DNA from: an archaeon
GTDB taxonomy: Archaea > Nanobdellota > Nanobdellia > Pacearchaeales > DTIR01
DNA: 64,000 bases
NCBI GenBank assembly: GCA_043808285.1
Contig: JAZDFA010000012.1
Coordinates: 312 to 64,311 of the forward strand
Direction of reading: 5' to 3'
The position numbers and the translations under genes were made by a program. Under the pieces are notes generated by a model, which worked only from the letters and a program-made list of their open reading frames with translations, had not been told where the DNA came from and ran no database searches. This document shows positions 17,737 to 26,835 of this stretch, in pieces (within the stretch, counting starts at the first letter, position 1; every line of letters starts with the position of its first letter).

Positions 17737-18435
17737 TTACTTGCCTATGTTATGCACTATTAATCCATTTTTTCCTATCTCAAGGGGGTGAATATCTTCA
17801 TCGTTGTCTGTATTCCTCATCTTTCTTACAATCAAGCTTCGTGAGAACTCTCCACCCATTGACTCAAATATTATATGGATTATCCCATCGCATATAAACT
17901 CAGAGACGCTATCCTGTGAGAGCTGGGAGTCATTGGAGGTATGAGATATAAGGAGAGAAGTTATGCCCTTCATTTCCTTCAGAGAGGTTATGAAAGAGCA
18001 AATAAACCTTTTTACTGTAAACTCATTAAGCTCTTCTATTTTTATTGTTGGCGTGTTTACGTATAATGTTGAAAGAGAGTCAATGACAAGCCGCTTGATA
18101 CCATTCTCATTTATAATTTCAGTTATCTCGCGTATTGTGTTCTTGCTTATCTCACTTGGTGGAATGAAGATTATCTTTATCATGCTCTTTTTTTCAAGCT
18201 CTTTCAAGCCCCATCCAAATTGCGCTGCCTGGTCTTGCAGCTCTTCTATTGTCTGCTCGAAACTAATATACAGCCCTTTCTCATTGAATTTTTGGGAGCC
18301 ATTGAAAAGGTACTGCAGAGCAAATATTGTCTTTCCTGTTGCAGGAGTACCGCTAAGCAGAATAACAGAACCAGCAGGAAAACCATCTGCTATAAGTTCA
18401 TCAAATCCCTTAATCCCAGTCTTTACTCTGTCCAT
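17737..18435 (-). CDS. KaiC-like (RecA-superfamily) single-domain ATPase
   Basis: GIKGFDELIADGFPAGSVILLSGTPATGKTIFALQYL contains Walker A. LVIDSLS is the Walker B-like segment. Confidence 0.85.
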   Translation of the reverse strand: MDRVKTGIKGFDELIADGFPAGSVILLSGTPATGKTIFALQYLFNGSQKFNEKGLYISFEQTIEELQDQAAQFGWGLKELEKKSMIKIIFIPPSEISKNTIREITEIINENGIKRLVIDSLSTLYVNTPTIKIEELNEFTVKRFICSFITSLKEMKGITSLLISHTSNDSQLSQDSVSEFICDGIIHIIFESMGGEFSRSLIVRKMRNTDNDEDIHPLEIGKNGLIVHNIGK

Positions 18436-18436
18436 T

Positions 18437-18739
18437 TTATGCCTTTAGCTTATCTATTATATAAACAAAAATTACCTTTGATTTTGTCTCAATTTTCTGA
18501 CATGATGTCTTGTTCTTGTAACTCAGGTTCTTTCTTAATTCCTTGGGTATTAGAAAATATTTTGTTGCCTCATTTTTGCCACGCTGTGCAATATTTGCCT
18601 TTATATTTGAGGCATTCTCAGAGAATATATGGATATTCTCAATATTGCCTTTAAGCTGCAATGCCTCTTCATAGTCAAGGCATGATTCAACAACTATTTT
18701 TCCATCTTCCCTCACTCTTGAGCTTAATATAGAACCCAT
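18437..18739 (-). CDS. hypothetical protein, first gene of the KaiC-like/V4R operon
   Basis: This 100-aa ORF abuts the KaiC-like gene with a 1-nt gap. I recognise no motif beyond a weak AbrB-like KYFLIPKELRKNL segment. Confidence 0.45.
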   Translation of the reverse strand: MGSILSSRVREDGKIVVESCLDYEEALQLKGNIENIHIFSENASNIKANIAQRGKNEATKYFLIPKELRKNLSYKNKTSCQKIETKSKVIFVYIIDKLKA

Positions 18740-18901
18740 AATAGAATTTACCTACGGGACTATTTAAATTTTTTGGATAAATTATCGGGATTTTTTACTA
18801 AAAGGGGGTAAAATTTATCCCATCTTAAAATTAACCCTAAAATAAGGAAATAAAAAGGTTTTTAATTGGCAAAGATATCTATTTAAAAAGAGGAGAGACG
18901 T

Positions 18902-20629
18902 ATGAAGACTGCTAATTCTAAAATCATCAAAAGAATAAGAAAAGATGGCAAGACAATAAAATCTAATGCATCAGGCATTGCAGAGCATAAAAAAAATGAA
19001 GGGGGCCTTAAAGGGGAGAGTTTTTTAAAAAATGTTATTGATTCTTTCGCATATCCATTTTATGTTACAGGCAATAATTACAAGATAAATTTAGTAAACA
19101 GAGCGGCAAGAGAGAAGGGAATTAACATGGGAGATTATTGTTATAAAGTAACGCATAACAGAAAAAGTCCCTGCAAGGGAGAGCATAACTGCCCCCTAAG
19201 AGAAGTTTTTACATTAAAGAAGCCAGTTATAATGGAGCATATTCATTACGACAAGAATGGAAAAAAGAGATGTATGAATGTGCATGGCGACCCTATATTT
19301 AATGATAAAGGAGAAGTAATTCAGATGATAGAATATTCAATTGACGTGACTGAAATAAAAAATACTGGGGAAAAATTAAAAGAAAGCGAGACAAAATTCA
19401 AGGAGCTTTTTGACAATATGCACAGTGGAGTTGCTATTTACAAAGCAACAAAAAATGGAAATGATTTTATATTCTCAGATTTTAACAAAGCTGCTGAAAA
19501 GATAGACAAGATTAAAAAAGAGGAGATTATTGGCAAAAGCGTTCTTAAAGAATTTCCCGGGGTGAAAAAATTTGGGTTATTTGATGTTTTCAATAGAGTC
19601 TATAAAACTGGGAAGGCAGAGCTATTTCCTGCTTCTTTTTACAAGGACGGAAGAATTGAAGGATGGAGGGAAAATTTTGTTTATAAACTTCCTTCAGAAG
19701 AGATTGTGTCTGTTTATGATGATATTACAGGGCGCAAGAAGGTGGAAGAAAATCTTAATAGTTCTAAAGAAATGTTGCAGAGAATAATAGACATTCTTCC
19801 TATAAGAGTATTTTGGAAAGATGAAAATTTGAGATATCTTGGATGCAATGAGATTTTTGCGAAAGATGCAGGAAAAAATAGACCAGAAGACCTGATTGGC
19901 AAGGACGATTTCGAAATGGGCTGGAAGGAGCAGGCTAAAAGTTATCGGGAAGATGACTTAGAGGTCATAAAGTCAGGAAAATCTAAACTTAACTTTGAAG
20001 AACTTCAAACTACTCCTAAAGGAGATACAATCTGGTTAAAAACATCCAAATTACCTTTAAGCGATTTGCAAAGGAATTCAGTGGGCATTTTAGGAACTTA
20101 TGATGATATTACAGAGCGCAAGAAATCTGAAGAGGAATATAAGAATATCGTTCATGGCAGCATTGATGGTTTTTGGATAATTGACTTGAAAGGGCATTTT
20201 CTTGAGGTGAATGATACTTATTGCTATTTGATGGGCTATAGCCATGATGAGCTGCTGAAAATGGAGATATCAGATATAGAAGCCAAAGAAAAACCAGTAG
20301 ATATTAAAAAACGCATTCAAGAGATATTAAAGAATGGAAAAGCCAAATTTGAAACCAGACACAAATGCAAAGACGGTAAGATTCTAGATTTTGATGTAAG
20401 TGTCAGCTATATAAAAGAGAGCGAGAAATTATTTGTATTCCTTAGAGATATTACAGAGCGCAAGAAATCTGAAGAGCAGCTAAATAAGTTAAATGAATCG
20501 CTAAGGATAAAAATTGAGGACCTCGAAAAGTTCAATAAATTATCTGTGGGAAGAGAACTAAGAATGATAGAATTAAAAAACAAGATAGCAGACCTTGAAC
20601 AAAAATTAAAAGGGCAAATGGAAAAATGA
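18902..20629 (+). CDS. multi-PAS-domain sensor protein without a transmitter domain
   Basis: DIT(E/G)RKK PAS/PAC boundary motifs are repeated (3 copies). The N-terminal region is Cys-rich (CYKVTHNRKSPCKGEHNCP). The C-terminal coil is GRELRMIELKNKIADLEQKL. An AGGAGAG Shine-Dalgarno site precedes the ATG. Confidence 0.8.
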   Translation: MKTANSKIIKRIRKDGKTIKSNASGIAEHKKNEGGLKGESFLKNVIDSFAYPFYVTGNNYKINLVNRAAREKGINMGDYCYKVTHNRKSPCKGEHNCPLREVFTLKKPVIMEHIHYDKNGKKRCMNVHGDPIFNDKGEVIQMIEYSIDVTEIKNTGEKLKESETKFKELFDNMHSGVAIYKATKNGNDFIFSDFNKAAEKIDKIKKEEIIGKSVLKEFPGVKKFGLFDVFNRVYKTGKAELFPASFYKDGRIEGWRENFVYKLPSEEIVSVYDDITGRKKVEENLNSSKEMLQRIIDILPIRVFWKDENLRYLGCNEIFAKDAGKNRPEDLIGKDDFEMGWKEQAKSYREDDLEVIKSGKSKLNFEELQTTPKGDTIWLKTSKLPLSDLQRNSVGILGTYDDITERKKSEEEYKNIVHGSIDGFWIIDLKGHFLEVNDTYCYLMGYSHDELLKMEISDIEAKEKPVDIKKRIQEILKNGKAKFETRHKCKDGKILDFDVSVSYIKESEKLFVFLRDITERKKSEEQLNKLNESLRIKIEDLEKFNKLSVGRELRMIELKNKIADLEQKLKGQMEK

Positions 20630-21903
20630 AGATAAGAATCAAGATTTTTTTAGGCTTTCTAATACTCTTACTGTTAAGCATTATTTTCTTCTTTTTACTT
20701 CAAAGAATATATTCTAATGCCTTTGAATCCCAGATAAGTAACGGAGTGGAGAATAAGGCTTATTTTTTAATCAATGCTATAGATATTTTGTTGTATCAGT
20801 ATACTCTGGACCTTAAGAGCGTATCATCTGAGATAGGCGATATAAACCTCAGCAATTCTTCTGAGATAGATACATTCTTAAAAAAGAAAATAGAGAATTA
20901 TGATTATGAATCAATGTCTTACTTTGATATAAACAGGATAAGAATAGCAGATACCAAAGATATCGGAATAGGCAAGCAGCATCCTCTTGAGGGATTCTGG
21001 TTCGATGTCTTAGATGGGAACCTAAGTCTTGGGCATGATGTCAGGATTGGCCCTGAAAGAAAATTTCCAGTAATCTTTTTTGCAACGCCTATTAAAAGAA
21101 ATGGGGAAATTGTAGGGGTTTTAGTGATAAGGCAAATTCCTGAAGAGATTAATAACATTCTTTCAACAACTAAAACATCAGATTATTATATTACTTTGGT
21201 TAAGGAGGATAAGAAAATACTATTCTCCAATGAGCCTTTATATGAGGAGAACTATCTGAATAGCACTCTAAGAGGAACTTTTTCTTCCGAGAATATTAAT
21301 GGCTCAGGGGTCGTCAGAGAATACAGGGGGGAATATCATGGCTTTGTTATAATCGGATACTGCTTTGAAAGCGGATATAAGGACTTTAAAGGCAATAATT
21401 GGTTATTATTAGTCTCTTTAGAAGAGAGCAAGATTTTAGAGCCTGTTCGCAGGATTAAAGCAGCAGTTTTTATTTATTTTGTTCTCTTTTTTATTTTCTT
21501 GTCGATATTGGGCTGGTATCTGTCAAAAATATTAACAAAACCCCTGGTTAATCTTAAAAATTTCTCCGAGGAGGTGGCTAAGGGCAATTTTAATGTTAGA
21601 CTGGATATCAAGTCAGGAGATGAGATTGAAGAGCTCTCGTCTAAATTTAACGAGATGGTCGTGGAGCTTAAAGAGGCAAGATGTGAGATTAAAAAATATA
21701 ACAGTCAATTAAGAGTAGATTTGTCAAAGACTTCCAAAAAAGTTATAAAAAACTCAAATCAGGCTGAGCGCTTTAACAGACTTGCAATTGGGAGGGAATT
21801 AAAAATGATAGAGCTCAAGAAGAAGATAGCAGAGCTTGAAGAGAAGCTGAAGATTAATGGAAAAACTGAAGAAAATGGAAAAACTAAACAAGATACTAGC
21901 TAA
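20626..21903 (+). CDS. membrane sensor: TM, extracytoplasmic (Cache-like) domain, TM, HAMP, coiled coil
   Basis: The start overlaps the upstream stop in an ATGA. Two hydrophobic helices flank ~260 aa. The HAMP domain reads LTKPLVNLKNFSEEVAKGNFNVRLDIKSGDEIEELSSKFNEM. The C-terminal coil is GRELKMIELKKKIAELEEKL. Confidence 0.7.
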   Translation: MKIRIKIFLGFLILLLLSIIFFFLLQRIYSNAFESQISNGVENKAYFLINAIDILLYQYTLDLKSVSSEIGDINLSNSSEIDTFLKKKIENYDYESMSYFDINRIRIADTKDIGIGKQHPLEGFWFDVLDGNLSLGHDVRIGPERKFPVIFFATPIKRNGEIVGVLVIRQIPEEINNILSTTKTSDYYITLVKEDKKILFSNEPLYEENYLNSTLRGTFSSENINGSGVVREYRGEYHGFVIIGYCFESGYKDFKGNNWLLLVSLEESKILEPVRRIKAAVFIYFVLFFIFLSILGWYLSKILTKPLVNLKNFSEEVAKGNFNVRLDIKSGDEIEELSSKFNEMVVELKEARCEIKKYNSQLRVDLSKTSKKVIKNSNQAERFNRLAIGRELKMIELKKKIAELEEKLKINGKTEENGKTKQDTS

Positions 21904-22087
21904 AGAAGAATTCAGATTTCTATTCTTTGCAGTAGGGCTGATTGCTTTTTTATGGATCTTTTTTTCAAGTAAAATAAGAAAGAGCCTATACTTGCTTTTT
22001 AATTATCAATTTATAATCTGGGGGTTAATAATACTCATTTTATTCTTGATAAATTATAAATCTGAAGAGGAGGGGGGGGGGAGATAA
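21857..22087 (+). CDS. small 2-TM membrane protein (possible small subunit for the downstream symporter domain)
   Basis: This 76-aa ORF has two hydrophobic helices and ends 2 nt before the symporter-kinase gene. Its start is uncertain, and it overlaps the upstream gene by 47 nt. Confidence 0.35.
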   Translation: MEKLKKMEKLNKILAKEEFRFLFFAVGLIAFLWIFFSSKIRKSLYLLFNYQFIIWGLIILILFLINYKSEEEGGGR

Positions 22088-22089
22088 AA

Positions 22090-24966
22090 ATGTTTAGTCC
22101 TTTAATAATCTTGATTGTGTCTTTGGCGTATCTTTTCTTGATGTTTATTCTCGCCTTGTTTGTGCAAAGGAATTACACAAAATACAGCAGAATTTTTAGC
22201 AATCCTTTTATTTATTCATTGGGCCTTGCTGTTTACTGCACTGCATGGACTTTTTATGGAAGCATTGGATTAGCAGCAAATTCAAAGGACTTGTTTTTGA
22301 CAGTTTATACTGGGCCAACAATAGCAATAATATTATGGTGGGGCATATTAAGAAAGGCTGTGAGAGCAAAGAATGCTTACAGCATCACAAGCATAGCCGA
22401 TTTTATCTCTGCAAGATACAATAAATCACAGGCAGTTGCAGTTATAGTAACTTCAATAGCAATAATTGGGATAGTCCCCTACATAGCATTGCAGCTCAAA
22501 GCAATAATCACCTCATTTGTGGTTATTAGCTCCTTTGATATAAACCTATATCCTGCCCTAAGATATTCTGTTGGGCTCGTAATAGTCTTTGTAATGGCTT
22601 TATTTACAATATTATTCGGGGTAAGAAGAATTGACCCGACTGAAAGGCATCCAGGAATGGTTTTTGTCATAGCAGTCATGGCTATAGTAAAGATTATGGC
22701 ATTCATTGCAGCAGGAATTTTTATAACTTATTTTGTTCATCATGGATTTAACGATTTATTTAATCATGTGACAGAATCTTCTTCTCTTTCGCATTTGTCT
22801 AATCCCGATAACCCTCCTTTTTCAACGTGGATTTCATATTTCCTGCTTTCAATGTCTGCCATACTTTTCCTTCCAAGGCAGTTTCATATGGCTGTTGTGG
22901 AGAATTCTAATGAAAAACACATAAGGACTGCTATGTGGATGTTTCCTCTATACATGCTGCTAATAAATCTTTTTGTAATGCCAATAGCAGTTTCTGGATT
23001 GGTAGCAGGATATAGCATTAAAGATGCTGACAATTTTATCTTGCAACTGCCTTTGCACTACAATAATTCCTGGCTTGCATTGTTTGTCTTTATTGGGGGC
23101 TTGTCAGCTGCTGTAAGCATGATAATGATATGTGCAATGACTCTTTCAACTATGGCGACTAATCATCTTTTTATTCCCTTGGTTAACAAGGCAAAGCCAT
23201 TTGGGATGTTCAAGAGATACATACTTCAAGTCAAATGGATTATAGTGGTATTAATACTCTTAGCAGCATACCTGTTTAAGCTTATTGTCGGAGATTCACA
23301 GATGCTTGTAAGCATAGGAATGATATCTTTTGCTGCAGTTATGCAGTTCGCCCCCCCTTTTATCATCGGCATGTATTGGAAAGGGGGGAATAAAACAGGG
23401 GCAATAATGGGGCTAACAGCAGGATTAATAGTATGGATTTATACTTCATTCTTCCCAGCACTCATAAAAGGGGGGCTGATTTATTCTCATATACTGGAGA
23501 ATGGCCTTTTTGGAATATCCTGGCTTAATCCCGAGAGATTATTTGGAGTGTCTTTTCCCCATCCGATTACAAATACATTGTTCTTTTCAATGATTTTTAA
23601 TATTGGCTTTTATGTCATTGGCTCTATACTTTTCTCAGCAAATAAGGAAGAGCAATCATCAAATGAAGAATTTTTCTCTATTTTAAACGGAATTAAGGTA
23701 TTTGGAGGTGGAAGCCAGAAAGAGGATATAATCTTGAAAGCAAAAACAAAGATTATAAGAGGTATCTTCTTAAATTATTTTGATAGACAAAAAGTAGATG
23801 CTTTAACAGAAAAGATATTGAAAAATGCAGGTGTGGCGAATAACAAATTTATCTCAATTGCAGAATTGGCTGATTTGAATCATAGAGCAGAAATAGTTCT
23901 TTCAGGTTCAATTGGCATTTCTTCTGCTCATGCTTCATTGAAAGAGAGCGGGCTTTTTTCAGAAGATGAGTCAAAAGAGCTATCAAAAACATATGGAGAA
24001 ATGCTTGCAAGCCTAAAATTAACTCCTGAGCAGATTAAAAGCAAGATAGATTTTTATGCGAGCAAGGAAAAACTGCTTGAGAAAGAGAGAGTGCATCTTG
24101 AACATGAAGTTATGAAAAGAACAAAAGAATTGAATAAAAATGTTAAAGAGCTAGAGGACAGCAAGGTTGCAACTCTGAATATGATGGAAGATATAGATGA
24201 GTCAAACAAGCAGTTAATTGAAACGCAAAGCAATCTGAAGAAAAGCTATTTAGAGCTTAAAAAATTAGATGTCAAGAAAGATGAGTTCATATCAATTGCT
24301 GCACATGAGCTAAAAACCCCCCTAACTTCAATACATGGATTTTCGCAGCTAATGCAGAATGAGAGTATTATGAAAGACAAATCGAAAAGAAATGAATATC
24401 TAGGAATAATTGATAAGGAAAGCAAGAGGCTTGGCAATCTAGTAACAGAAATCTTAGAGCTGTCAAGAATTGATTTGGGGACAATAAAGCTAGTTTGGGA
24501 AAGAGTTGATCTTAGAGAATTAATAAAAAGCGTAGTAACTGAGATGAGAATTAATGTAGAAAAACAAGGGCTGTACTTAAATCTAAAAATAGGCAAAGAA
24601 ATTGACTTTGTTTATATGGACGAGGAAAGGATGCCCCAAGTTATAATCAATCTTATAAATAACTCGATTAAATTTACTCCTAAGGGGGGGATAGAATTAA
24701 ATTTGGAAAAAGAGGGAAAGAATATCCATTTTTCTGTCAAGGATACAGGAATAGGGATAGATAAAGAGCATTTTGGCAAGATATTCACAAGATTCTTTCA
24801 GGTTGACTCATCTTATACGAGAAAGGCAGGAGGAACGGGATTGGGATTATCATTGTGCAAAGAATATGTTGAATTAATGGGGGGGAAAATATGGTTTGAG
24901 AGCGAAGTTAACAAAGGAACTACTTTTCATTTTACTTTACCTATCAATAACCCCAATCAAACTTAA
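22090..24966 (+). CDS. sodium:solute-symporter-domain sensor histidine kinase
   Basis: About 520 aa form a polytopic membrane domain with an SSS-like character. A coiled coil follows. HisKA is ISIAAHELKTPLTSIHGFSQLM and HATPase_c is GGTGLGLSLCKEYVELMGGKIWFESEVNKGTTFHFTLP. Confidence 0.85.
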   Translation: MFSPLIILIVSLAYLFLMFILALFVQRNYTKYSRIFSNPFIYSLGLAVYCTAWTFYGSIGLAANSKDLFLTVYTGPTIAIILWWGILRKAVRAKNAYSITSIADFISARYNKSQAVAVIVTSIAIIGIVPYIALQLKAIITSFVVISSFDINLYPALRYSVGLVIVFVMALFTILFGVRRIDPTERHPGMVFVIAVMAIVKIMAFIAAGIFITYFVHHGFNDLFNHVTESSSLSHLSNPDNPPFSTWISYFLLSMSAILFLPRQFHMAVVENSNEKHIRTAMWMFPLYMLLINLFVMPIAVSGLVAGYSIKDADNFILQLPLHYNNSWLALFVFIGGLSAAVSMIMICAMTLSTMATNHLFIPLVNKAKPFGMFKRYILQVKWIIVVLILLAAYLFKLIVGDSQMLVSIGMISFAAVMQFAPPFIIGMYWKGGNKTGAIMGLTAGLIVWIYTSFFPALIKGGLIYSHILENGLFGISWLNPERLFGVSFPHPITNTLFFSMIFNIGFYVIGSILFSANKEEQSSNEEFFSILNGIKVFGGGSQKEDIILKAKTKIIRGIFLNYFDRQKVDALTEKILKNAGVANNKFISIAELADLNHRAEIVLSGSIGISSAHASLKESGLFSEDESKELSKTYGEMLASLKLTPEQIKSKIDFYASKEKLLEKERVHLEHEVMKRTKELNKNVKELEDSKVATLNMMEDIDESNKQLIETQSNLKKSYLELKKLDVKKDEFISIAAHELKTPLTSIHGFSQLMQNESIMKDKSKRNEYLGIIDKESKRLGNLVTEILELSRIDLGTIKLVWERVDLRELIKSVVTEMRINVEKQGLYLNLKIGKEIDFVYMDEERMPQVIINLINNSIKFTPKGGIELNLEKEGKNIHFSVKDTGIGIDKEHFGKIFTRFFQVDSSYTRKAGGTGLGLSLCKEYVELMGGKIWFESEVNKGTTFHFTLPINNPNQT

Positions 24967-25029
24967 AAATTATGGGGGTATCCTCTCTTTCTTAGAAGCA
25001 TTTTTATAGTCCAATTCATTCTCATAAAA

Positions 25030-25461
25030 ATGAGCAATATAGACTCTGAAGATCGGATATTGAAGATTTATTTTTATATCCTTTTATTCATGATGGTATA
25101 CTCTCTTTTTGTAGGGTTTAAGCTGCAGGATATGCTGAGGGCAAAAGAGGATATTTCCTCTCTTTTGAAAGCAGCGCATTCTCACATACTATGCAATTCA
25201 TTCTTGATGCTTTTTTTAGTTTATGATTCCAGGATAAGACTATCTAAAGAAAAAAGCATGCCCTTCTTTAGAACCCTCAAATCAATATTGGGAATAGGAA
25301 TAATAGGGCACATCTTGACAACAATAGGATTTTCAATTGCAGGATTCGTTCCGAGTCTTACTGGTAATGGAATGAGCATTGCAGGAATAGGCGAGCCAAT
25401 GATGTTTTTTTCTTTATTCCTGTATATTATAATCTCTATAATTGGAGAAGTTTACAAATGA
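25030..25461 (+). CDS. 4-TM membrane protein
   Basis: This 143-aa protein has four hydrophobic segments and a His-rich AAHSHILCNS motif. The downstream gene starts in an ATGA overlap. Confidence 0.6.
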   Translation: MSNIDSEDRILKIYFYILLFMMVYSLFVGFKLQDMLRAKEDISSLLKAAHSHILCNSFLMLFLVYDSRIRLSKEKSMPFFRTLKSILGIGIIGHILTTIGFSIAGFVPSLTGNGMSIAGIGEPMMFFSLFLYIIISIIGEVYK

Positions 25462-25787
25462 GCTATATCATTCCACTTGAGCTTTCTATTTCAGACATAA
25501 TAAGCGGCATATTTCTTATTGCAGGCGGTTTTTTTCTGATATCATTGTTCCTAAGGTTTAAAGACAGGAAAATAAGGGCATACCTAATAATAATCTCTGT
25601 GCTCATATCATTATATGGTTTTGTTCATGAATTTGACGAGGCAATTTATGGATTATTCAATATAGACCTGGGTTTTTTTGTAAGAGTTTCTCCTGTGATA
25701 ATCTCTTTGTCCTATCTGCTTTTTGCTGTTTTATTAGAAAGAAGAATAAAAAAATTAATCAAATTTAATTACAAGAAGCATGGTTAG
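25458..25787 (+). CDS. 3-TM membrane protein with an HEFxE motif
   Basis: This 109-aa protein is a paralog of the next gene and carries YGFVHEFDEAIYG. Confidence 0.6.
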   Translation: MSYIIPLELSISDIISGIFLIAGGFFLISLFLRFKDRKIRAYLIIISVLISLYGFVHEFDEAIYGLFNIDLGFFVRVSPVIISLSYLLFAVLLERRIKKLIKFNYKKHG

Positions 25788-26109
25788 CCCAAATTCATTT
25801 TCAAACCCTTTATTTTTCATAATTGATTTTATCTCAGCTATTGTAATATTTGTTGCGACTCTTTTTTTTATAAGATTTTTTAATGGGTCAAAACTGAAGC
25901 GTGAGATAATGCTATTGGGGGCAGGGCTGATTCTACATGCCTTGTTTCATGAGTTTGGGGAATTTGTATGCAGGGCAGGGATTCATGGGGGCTTTCCAAA
26001 AACTTTCTGGGGATCTTTTCATATACTAATTTTAGGCTCAATAGGCGCAATTATCTTTTTTATAGGAAGCATCATGCTGAAAAAGAGGTATTCTAAATTG
26101 TTAGAGTAA
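25780..26109 (+). CDS. 3-TM membrane protein with an HEFxE motif (paralog)
   Basis: This 109-aa protein carries HALFHEFGEFVCRAG and overlaps the upstream gene by 8 nt. Confidence 0.6.
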   Translation: MVSPNSFSNPLFFIIDFISAIVIFVATLFFIRFFNGSKLKREIMLLGAGLILHALFHEFGEFVCRAGIHGGFPKTFWGSFHILILGSIGAIIFFIGSIMLKKRYSKLLE

Positions 26110-26112
26110 AAA

Positions 26113-26334
26113 ATGGGATTGAAAGAAGATTCTGAGGGGATTATAAGAGAGTTGTTTGGAGAGGAGATTTCAAAAGCAGTAGAAGGATTTGATGACCCTC
26201 GGAGATATCCTGATGATTTTATAGAAGAATGCATTTATTTTTTAGGGCAATTAATAGGAGAAGGAATAGCGAAAAAGAAATTTATGCCTTTAATTGAGAG
26301 ATATTCAAAGAACAAGCGAAAGATTAATAAATAA
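26113..26334 (+). CDS. small hypothetical cytoplasmic protein
   Basis: This 73-aa ORF lies in operon context. I recognise no motif. Confidence 0.4.
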   Translation: MGLKEDSEGIIRELFGEEISKAVEGFDDPRRYPDDFIEECIYFLGQLIGEGIAKKKFMPLIERYSKNKRKINK

Positions 26335-26376
26335 TAATAACAATAATTTATGTAAAAGTAATTAAAAAAGGGCAAA

Positions 26377-26745
26377 ATGGCAAAGAAAGTAATGGTTGTT
26401 GATGACGAGCAGGACATTGTTACATTACTGACTGCAGTGCTTGAAAATGAAGGGTTTAAGACAATCAGCGCATCAAGCGGGCAGGAATGCCTTGACAAGC
26501 TCAAGACAGCAAAACCAGACCTTATTCTTTTGGACATGATGATGCCTGGAATGTCAGGAAGAGAAGTGTGCGAGAGGATAAGGAAAGACCCCAAGACAAA
26601 AAATCTCAAGATTGCTTTTGTGACAGTTGCAAGATTCTCCGAGATAGGAAAGGAAAAATTAAAGGATATGAATGTTTCTGATTATATAACCAAGCCGTTT
26701 GACAACGATGAATTGATAAAGAGAGTAAAGAAGATATTGGGGTAA
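26377..26745 (+). CDS. stand-alone CheY-like response regulator receiver
   Basis: The receiver-domain pattern VMVVDDEQDIV...PDLILLDMMMPGMSG...KPF is present, including the phospho-acceptor Asp context LLD. Confidence 0.9.
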   Translation: MAKKVMVVDDEQDIVTLLTAVLENEGFKTISASSGQECLDKLKTAKPDLILLDMMMPGMSGREVCERIRKDPKTKNLKIAFVTVARFSEIGKEKLKDMNVSDYITKPFDNDELIKRVKKILG

Positions 26746-26835
26746 ATCTTAATTATCCAGAGCAGGTTTATTTTTAGAAATTTTTATTGGCTTATGAAGA
26801 TTATTTGGGATTTGGCAGTATCATTTATTTTGGAC

